Shown here: positions 61,795-64,000 of the stretch, piece after piece | Position numbering within the stretch: position 1 is the first letter of the stretch | Layout of the letters: every line of letters starts with the position of its first letter | DNA from: Eledone cirrhosa | Lineage: Eukaryota | Direction of reading: 5' to 3' | Length of the DNA: 64,000 nt | Assembly: GCA_964016885.1 (NCBI GenBank) | Contig: OZ024754.1 | Span: 31,434,001 to 31,498,000, forward strand | Made by a program: the position numbers and the translations under genes | Notes under the pieces: model-generated | Databases searched by the model: none | What the model was told of the DNA's origin: nothing | What the model saw: the letters and a program-made list of their open reading frames with translations, nothing else

Positions 61795-61914
61795 TATATC
61801 ACTGACAACTGAAAATAATTCGTTTTTTTTTAATGTTTGGAAAACATAAATTGTTCATCATCTGACATAAAGAAAGGCCACATCTATTGTTGTACTACTA
61901 CTACTACCACCACC

Positions 61915-61973
<59 letters not shown>

Positions 61974-62099
61974 CACTACCACCAAAACTACTGAAATGGA
62001 CCTCCGTCAGTTGCAATGATGATTGTTCCAGTTCAATCAATGAGATACAGCTTGATCATTAAAATAAAGTGCAAGTGGCTGAGCATTCCACAGACCCCC

Positions 62100-62535
62100 T
62101 ACTCTCTCTCTCTTTCTCCCTATACTTTTCCTTTCACTCACCTTCTCTCTTCTTTACACGTTCTCCCTCCCCACTCTTTTTCTTTCATTCACTCACCTCC
62201 TCCTTTCTCCTTCTCCCTCCCCACTCTCTCTCATTCACTCACCTCCTTCCTTCTCTCTCTTCCTTACACTTTCTCCCTCCTCACACACTCTCTCTCATTC
62301 ACTCACCTCCTCCTTACACTTTCTCCCATCCACCTCTCTCTCACTTTGACTTTTCATTGCATTCACCTCCTCCCTTCTTTCTCTTCCTTACACTTTCTCC
62401 CTCCTCACTCTCTTTCATTCACCTCCTCCCTTCTTTCTCTTCCTTACACTTTCTCCCTCCTCACTCTCTTTCATTCACCTCCCCCCTTCTCTCTCTTCCT
62501 TACACACACTATCTCTCCCTCCCCCTTCCTCTCAT
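62100..62535. repeat. CT-rich degenerate minisatellite
   Basis: Repeated cattcac(t)cacctcc...ccttacactttctccctcc. Confidence 0.8.
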
Positions 62536-62936
62536 CTATTAATGATAAAACCAGAGAATTCTTTGTAGTTTTACAGCCACTGTTTTTCTTATTATTCTGA
62601 ATTGGCAGAATCAGTAGAGCAACAGACAAAAAAACGTCTTCTTCGGACTCTTTACCTTCTCAGTTCAAATCCTAAAAGTCAACTTTGCCTTTCATCTTTC
62701 CAGTTTTTAATTTAGGCACAAGACTGGCAATATTTTTATTTTTTTGGTGGTGGTGGTGGTGGTGGTGATGGTGGGTGGGGAGAGTTTTATATATTGACCC
62801 CCACCCCCGTACTTTATTTTATCAATCCCAGAAAATCCCAGAAAAGATGTAAAGAAAAGTTGACCTTGGCATGATTTGACCTTAGAACATGAAGAACAAG
62901 ACACAAATCCTGCAAACAGTTTATTTGTTATTTTAA

Positions 62937-64000
62937 CCCTTTAACATTTACATTGCTCTATATTTACTATGGCATTTTCATGGTAAAGGGTTTCATCATC
63001 ATCATCATCATCACCCTTTTACGTGCGTTCTTCCACACTAGCATGGGTTAGACAGGTGGGGGCAATGCTAGGTCGGCTGACCTTGTCTGGTTCATACGGG
63101 AACTGATTTTGGCTTAATTTCTACAGCTGGATGCTCTTCCTAACACCAACCTCATTGACAGTAAGTACTGGGTGCTTTTTTTACTGTGGCGTCTACACGA
63201 CCACTTTACAGTGTGGGCTGGGTGTTTTTTTTGTCGCGACCACTTTGCAATGGGAGGGGTGGGGGCATATTGTCTATATGCTTCAGCTTCAGCTTGTACC
63301 CATGGGAAGTTGGGTCTTCTGTATTACTGCATGACTACATTCAATACCATCATATTCTAGTGTCCATATAAAAGTTCTGTCCCACAGTGACACACATACA
63401 GCCCCTATTGCTCAAAATCTCTCCTACCCATAACCAACATGTAACTTCTTTGTTCTACTCCCTCCCCTCTCATCTAAATACATCTTCCCTCATTCATTTT
63501 TTACTGTGGCGTCTACACGTCCACTTTACAGTGTGGGATGGGTGATTTTTTGCCGTGGCACCTCCATGACCACTTTGCAGTGGAATGATAGAGACCCCAG
63601 TCCTATCATCTCATTTCTACAGCTGAGTAAACTGGGGCAATGTGAAATAAAGTGTCTTGCTCAAGGAACGCACACATCACCCGGTCCTCACATAATTATC
63701 TCACATAGCATTTACATTGCTCTATATTTACTATTATATTTTCCAATATAGTTACGTCCCTTTACGATCTGAGTTCAAATCCCATCGAGGTTAACTTTGC
63801 CTTTCATCCATACGGGGTCGATAAAATAAAGTACCAGTAATGTACTGGGTAATTGCTGGCCTTGTGCCAAAAGTAGAAACAATTATATTTCCATGGTAAA
63901 GGCTTTATCTTACATTATTATATCACATAATATTGAATCTATGAGATTTTGATATTATTCATCTTAAGAACAATACCTTAGCATCAGTATGAGTGGCCAG
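62937..64000. mobile_element. piggyBac-type MITE interrupted by a CORE-like SINE (62994-63690, minus) and a Meta-like SINE (63750-63888, plus)
   Basis: ttaa|ccctttaacatttacatt at 62937; MITE sequence resumes near 63705 and 63890. Confidence 0.65.

Overview
Repeat-saturated, AT-rich eukaryotic (animal) non-coding DNA. The SINE repertoire (tRNA/CORE-like SINEs with RTE tails, Meta-like SINEs) and the dense (TA)n/(CA)n/(TGA)n microsatellites suggest a cephalopod, probably an octopod; this is inference. No intact host protein-coding gene is recognisable, and nearly all long ORFs are artefacts of simple repeats. Real coding remnants all come from retrotransposons: a near full-length Tx1-clade LINE (14.4-19.2 kb), five more 5'-truncated Tx1 copies at 46.3-51.2 kb, several RTE fragments and three CRE-like endonuclease fragments. 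Also present are Helitron, mariner, hAT and piggyBac-type non-autonomous elements, many minisatellites and an 8.8-kb G-rich 19-bp satellite containing a 200-N gap. Three observations stand out. (1) A head-to-tail array of Tx1 copies from about four subfamilies, each ending without poly(A) directly in (TATC)n and each starting in (TATC)n, suggests a GATA-microsatellite-specific, possibly self-seeding retrotransposon. (2) Its 3' UTR carries two stem-loops with compensatory changes between subfamilies. (3) Several type I hammerhead ribozyme motifs sit in Penelope-like inverted pLTR remnants, and in two further palindromes the inversion appears to have removed the catalytic CUGANGA core. Boundaries were read by eye and are approximate.
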